Assembly (NCBI GenBank): GCA_050949565.1
Contig: JBMNFY010000017.1
Coordinates: forward strand, 640,001-704,000
Direction of reading: 5' to 3'
Source: Kiritimatiellia bacterium
Lineage (GTDB): Bacteria > Verrucomicrobiota > Kiritimatiellia > RFP12 > UBA1067
DNA length: 64,000 bases
The notes under the pieces: model-generated
Databases searched by the model: none
What the model was told of the DNA's origin: nothing
The model's input: the letters and a program-made list of their open reading frames with translations, nothing else
Position numbers and translations under genes: made by a program
Part shown: one piece after another, positions 59,863-64,000 of the stretch
Position numbering within the stretch: position 1 is the first letter of the stretch
Layout: each line of letters begins with the position of its first letter

Positions 59863-62535
59863 TCACTGCAGAGACGCCGTCAAACGTTTTACTAGTTCGT
59901 CCGGTGACAGAGAACTCGCTGCATAGCGCATTGTACCGGGGAGGGTGGCCGGATCAGTCAGCGCGTTGCCGAAGAGATCGGTCCAGCGGATGGCAGGATC
60001 TTGGACAAACGGCAACTTGGCGTCGCGTCCACCGCAGAGCACCGCGCAGCTTCCGCCGCGACCCGCGAAGAGATAGACGAAGCGGTTCGCGCCCAGATCG
60101 ACTTTGCGCACGAACGGCTTGCCTTCCAGCGAACGCGTGAGGTGGGAATAGGCAGCCAGTCCCGGATGCGGATAGCCGTCCGCTCCCAACAACACCATGA
60201 AGCTCGGCGCGGTGGCGAGGGATGAGTAACCGTGCGCCGTGTAAAGGAAGACCTTGGCTATCTTCTGCGCCAGCAGACTGACGGTGTAGCGGCAGTTCCT
60301 CTCAGCCAAGTTGACCGTATCCTCTTCCGGCTGCCAAGTGATGGTGTGTTTGTACAGGCCCGTCATGCGCTGCTCGCCTCTGCCGGAGCCTGTGCTACCA
60401 CCCTGTCCCTCGCTCATGTAGATCGGCTTGCCGCCCGCGTTCGGGAACTTGTCGAAGATTTCACCGACCGCATAGTGATAGGCCTGCGCCACGCTGTCAT
60501 CCGCGAGGCATGTCGCGTTCTTGGTGTAGAGGTGGAAGTCGATGGTATCGCACACCTCCATGCCTCCGGCGGCAAGCACACCCGCCGTCCACAACTGACC
60601 GCTCCCGCCGCCTGTGGAATTGAATCCGGCGACCTTGATGGTGGGGTCCACGGCCTTGACGGTCCGGTAGGCTCCGCGACAAAGCTCCGTGAAATCGCGC
60701 TCGGCGTCATCCTTCCCGAAGAACTTCGCGTCCTTTCCCGACTTCCACCATCCGCCCCAAGGCTCGTTCCAGACGAAATATTCGTCGATCACCCCTTTGT
60801 AGCGCGTGACGAACGTCTTCACATAGGCGTTGAACTCTTCATTATTTTTCGGGCGCATGAATTTTTCAAAGTACCCCATGTGCTTGCAGCCCAAGTCGTC
60901 GTAGTGCGAGGCCCAGGCCGGCGCAGTTCCCAACTGCGCGAAAATCTTGATCCCGTTTTTACGGTAACGCTGGAGGTCCGCGTCCATGAAGGTCCACTCA
61001 CCTTTTTTCTTCTCAAGATTCCACCAGCCGCAGTACTCGGTACCGGCGTCGTGCAGACGCGCCCAGTTGATACCGCACGCTTTCATCATGCGGATGGTCG
61101 ACTCCAAAGCGATAAAGTGACAACCGAAGGGTGAGTCCGGTGCGTCCTGCCCCCAGAAAACCGGACGTTCCAACCGCGTCATCACGATCTCGTTGTAGGG
61201 CGAGATGCGCGTGCCGTCGCGTTCCACCCACGCCTCGATCCGGAATTGACCGAGGGGCCGGGCGGGAAAAACGTCGAACCGCAACGTGCCGTCAAACTGC
61301 TTCGATCCTGCCGGCACGCGCAGATCTGCCAGCGGTACGCTTGTTCCGTAAAGGTCTGTCACGCAACTTTTCAGTACCGCGCCGCCTGCCTCGCCTGTCA
61401 CGCAGAAACGCACTTCGGCGCGCTCGTCTGCGAACTGAATACGCGTCTCGGCAATCTCGGAGGTTCCCGGAGCGAGCGCCACCTCGCAGGCGCGGTCCTT
61501 CAGGTCGGCGGCCGCCGAATCAGCGAACGCACGCAAGGCGTCCAAGCGGAAGGTTCCGCTCCCGGTGAAACGCAGACAGAAACAGAGTGCCTCGCCGGGC
61601 AGCACGAAAGCCAGCTTGGCCGTCTGCCAACCGTTTGAAGGCGTCAGCGTCTTGCCGCCCATGGCACGACCGTCACGCATCAGTTCCACGCGACACGCAT
61701 TGTCGGCTTGGTATGCGAACGTGATCGTGTGGGGCTTGTCCGGCTGATTGGTTTGGAAGGGCTCGGAGTACAGCGCGAACCCCTCGCCGGATGTGACGAC
61801 AAGCGAAGGGACGCCCCCTTCACCGGGATGCGCGGTGTCGGCTCCGTAGGTGGCGGTACGGCTGTCGCGGTCGATGTTCCAACCACAGGGCAGCCCCAAC
61901 GGGAAGCGGCTGTTGCGGAAGAAGTTCTTCACCGAGGCGTCCGGACGCGGCACCGTGGCAGCAAGCTCCTCTTTGCTGAGACGCGCCAGTTCCACCGAGG
62001 CAATGTCCGTAATGCCGCCGCCCAAGTAGAAAAAGATCGCCACACGTGATTCGCTGCGCTCCCGTGTCTGGATGACGAAGCGCCGTTCCTTCCATCCGTC
62101 GGCAGGCAGGAACTCCGCCGTGCCGAAACTCCGATAGGGCGCGCCCACCTGACGCAGACCGAACTGAAGGGGGGCGGCGTGCGGGCGGGCCGTCACAACC
62201 AGCTCGAACACGCCCGGCAGCGCGATCTCGCCGCCACTGATCGAGAACTGCACAGCCGAATCGATCTTTTCCGTGTGGAACCGCAAAAATGTGCGCCCGT
62301 CTTCCGTGAGCCGTTCCGTACGCGCCACAGAGGCGTTCCACGCGGCGAAGTTCTCGCTCACCCTCGGTGGCAGCGTGCCTTGAAAGCGGCCGATCTTTTC
62401 GTACGAGCAGGCTCTTCCTTCCTGTCCAAAATCTACGCGGAACACCGTTTCTCTGGCTTCCGCCAACTGCATCCATCCCGCGCAGAAAGCCGCGCCGATC
62501 AGTATTGTGAGCCACCGTTTTGAGTGAGTCGTCAT
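59863..62535 (-). CDS. Clan GH-A glycoside hydrolase with N-terminal CBM-like domains
   Basis: Signal peptide, SPFGCH, WARLHD, YFVWNEP, DFHLY, IYMSEG. Confidence 0.75.
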   Translation of the reverse strand: MTTHSKRWLTILIGAAFCAGWMQLAEARETVFRVDFGQEGRACSYEKIGRFQGTLPPRVSENFAAWNASVARTERLTEDGRTFLRFHTEKIDSAVQFSISGGEIALPGVFELVVTARPHAAPLQFGLRQVGAPYRSFGTAEFLPADGWKERRFVIQTRERSESRVAIFFYLGGGITDIASVELARLSKEELAATVPRPDASVKNFFRNSRFPLGLPCGWNIDRDSRTATYGADTAHPGEGGVPSLVVTSGEGFALYSEPFQTNQPDKPHTITFAYQADNACRVELMRDGRAMGGKTLTPSNGWQTAKLAFVLPGEALCFCLRFTGSGTFRLDALRAFADSAAADLKDRACEVALAPGTSEIAETRIQFADERAEVRFCVTGEAGGAVLKSCVTDLYGTSVPLADLRVPAGSKQFDGTLRFDVFPARPLGQFRIEAWVERDGTRISPYNEIVMTRLERPVFWGQDAPDSPFGCHFIALESTIRMMKACGINWARLHDAGTEYCGWWNLEKKKGEWTFMDADLQRYRKNGIKIFAQLGTAPAWASHYDDLGCKHMGYFEKFMRPKNNEEFNAYVKTFVTRYKGVIDEYFVWNEPWGGWWKSGKDAKFFGKDDAERDFTELCRGAYRTVKAVDPTIKVAGFNSTGGGSGQLWTAGVLAAGGMEVCDTIDFHLYTKNATCLADDSVAQAYHYAVGEIFDKFPNAGGKPIYMSEGQGGSTGSGRGEQRMTGLYKHTITWQPEEDTVNLAERNCRYTVSLLAQKIAKVFLYTAHGYSSLATAPSFMVLLGADGYPHPGLAAYSHLTRSLEGKPFVRKVDLGANRFVYLFAGRGGSCAVLCGGRDAKLPFVQDPAIRWTDLFGNALTDPATLPGTMRYAASSLSPDELVKRLTASLQ

Positions 62536-62667
62536 CGTTTCTCCCTGAGTTCTGTTTACGCCGCCATCCCGCGCCCTTGCGCCTTTTTGCATACCTCAGA
62601 ACTGTAACCCCGAAATCACTTTGGAACAAGCGCTTTCTGCGGCAGCGCGGTAATCGGTTAGTGACAG

Positions 62668-63290
62668 GGGTGTGGTGCTCGGTTTTTTTATCACACGAAG
62701 GCACAAAGGACACGAAGGTTTTTTTGGGGGGGGCATTGCTCGGGTTTATTTAACAACGGAATACACTGAACACACGGAAAGGCACAGCTCTGCTGTTTCA
62801 CGCGAAGACGCGAAGATTGGAGGGCGAGTGTCCCCACGAGCCGCCTGGACGCGGCAATGGAGGGCGAGTGTCCCCACGAGCCGCCTGGACGCGGCAATGG
62901 AGGGCGAGTGTCCCCACGAGCCGCCTGGACGCGGCAATGGAGGGCGAGTGTCCCCACGAGCCGCCTTCCGCTGTGCGGAAGGATGGTTTCAGGGTTTCAT
63001 TGCGGAGCACCGGGAGGGGCAAGCGTCTGCTTGCCCGCGGACGAGCAGACGCTCGTCCCTCCCCGGCGGCGGTCACGCCGCCACACGGGCAAGACACACA
63101 CCTCTGCACCTCCGTGTTAAAAAAACCGATCCTCCAAAACCCTTTGCGTTCTGTGCGTTCTTTGCGGCTATTACCGTAGCCATGCTCCAAAAATCTGCGG
63201 CATCTGCGAAATCTGCGGATCAAAAAAACCGAGCCTTGCCAGAAACCAAAGAGCGTTGAAGATTCAACTGCTCTTTTTAGGCTAACCGAT
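62668..63290. repeat. Composite repeat island with oppositely oriented triplet-linker arrays at both ends and a REP core
   Basis: Left arm mirrors 34044-34140; core contains a 40-bp tandem and the 142-bp module; right arm has three triplets joined by AAAAAACCGA-type linkers. Confidence 0.88.
62819..62966 (+). repeat. 40-bp perfect tandem repeat x3.7 of a GGAG-type REP hairpin
   Basis: GGAGGGCGAGTGTCCCCACGAGCCGCCTGGACGCGGCAAT at 62819, 62859 and 62899, with a partial copy at 62939. Confidence 0.95.
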
Positions 63291-63486
63291 TACGCGAGGG
63301 TTGGCGGAGCGCCGCTTGCCTCCAATCTGTTCGATAGCTTTGCGGAGCATCGCGAGTATCAATTTTGAGAATTTTTAGGGTTGACTTTTCCCCCCCCCGC
63401 ACAATGCGTGCCAACCATAGGGACCGGTGGGTTGCCGGTTAATCCTACGTGATGGTAATGAACAGAACCCAACTGAAAGGCTATTT

Positions 63487-64000
63487 ATGAACAGAAACAC
63501 TGTATCCTGTTCCGCGTTCCTCTCCCGCCTGGGGCGCCTCTGTGCGCTCGCCGTGGCGGGGCTGTTCGCGGCAACAGCCACCGCCGACCCGTACCTCACC
63601 TTCTCGAGCGCGCAGTCGTTCACGATCACGCCGCAGGAAGCGTTGTGGAACGGGACGCTCGAATACTCCACCGACGCGACGAGCTGGGCGGTCTTCGACA
63701 CCGCCGGCGCGACCGCGGCGGACGACGGCTCCGGCACGTACAGACTGTATCTCCGGGGGACGGGCAACACCAGCATTTCAGCAGCCACCGTGTATGCGCT
63801 CGGCTGGACGTTGACCGCCGCCGGGACGGTCGCCTGCGAGGGCAACATCGAGACCCTGCTCGACTATGCGAAGGTGATCAACGGCGAGCATCCGGTGATG
63901 TACGGCTACTGCTTCGCCAACCTGTTCCAGGACTGGACGGCGCTCACGGAAGCGCCCGCCCTGCCCGCCACGACGCTGGCCGATTACTGCTACTCCGGCA
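63487..64000 (+). CDS. Secreted/surface protein with BspA-like repeat start (partial, runs off the right edge)
   Basis: Manual translation: signal peptide, YLTFSS, LEYSTD, GNIETLLD, CFANLFQDWTALTEAPALPATTLADYCYS. Confidence 0.8.
   Translation, partial: MNRNTVSCSAFLSRLGRLCALAVAGLFAATATADPYLTFSSAQSFTITPQEALWNGTLEYSTDATSWAVFDTAGATAADDGSGTYRLYLRGTGNTSISAATVYALGWTLTAAGTVACEGNIETLLDYAKVINGEHPVMYGYCFANLFQDWTALTEAPALPATTLADYCYSG

Noticed and set aside
62819-62966. Possible CRISPR array
   Set aside because: Spacers are identical and only 15 bp, the repeat is a dispersed REP, and no cas genes are present in the window.

Overview
64-kb GC-rich bacterial chromosomal segment. Protein content suggests a PVC-superphylum organism, probably Kiritimatiellia/Lentisphaeria-like (inference). 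Housekeeping loci are ftsK-cdaR-cdaA, rnpB, birA, a sigma54-like-promoter dnaK-groES-groEL operon, malic enzyme, a UvrD/PcrA helicase, glpK and a TPP-riboswitch thiSGHFE operon. These are interspersed with carbohydrate-utilisation genes (GH78-, GH36/27-, GH42-like and clan-A GHs, SSS transporter, DUF1080, XylR/AraC regulators) and large secreted proteins. Mobile or decayed DNA comprises one complete 1.72-kb DDE IS with perfect 20-bp TIRs, a 100-bp REPIN-carrying MITE matching its right end, and a cryptic mazEF relic missed by the ORF track. Three unexplained structures stand out. (1) Intergenic islands in which different 8-9-bp triplet repeats alternate with a conserved ~30-bp linker, flanking nested REP-like hairpins. 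(2) A ~150-bp-period array of three TTCCACACCTTGAAAGGTGTGGAA palindromes ahead of a tandem winged-HTH gene. (3) A shared C-terminal 'LD-x4-GT-x-hhh-R/Q' motif on barrel-less secreted proteins. Three single-base frameshifts (one in dnaK) and one in-frame amber suggest residual sequencing error.
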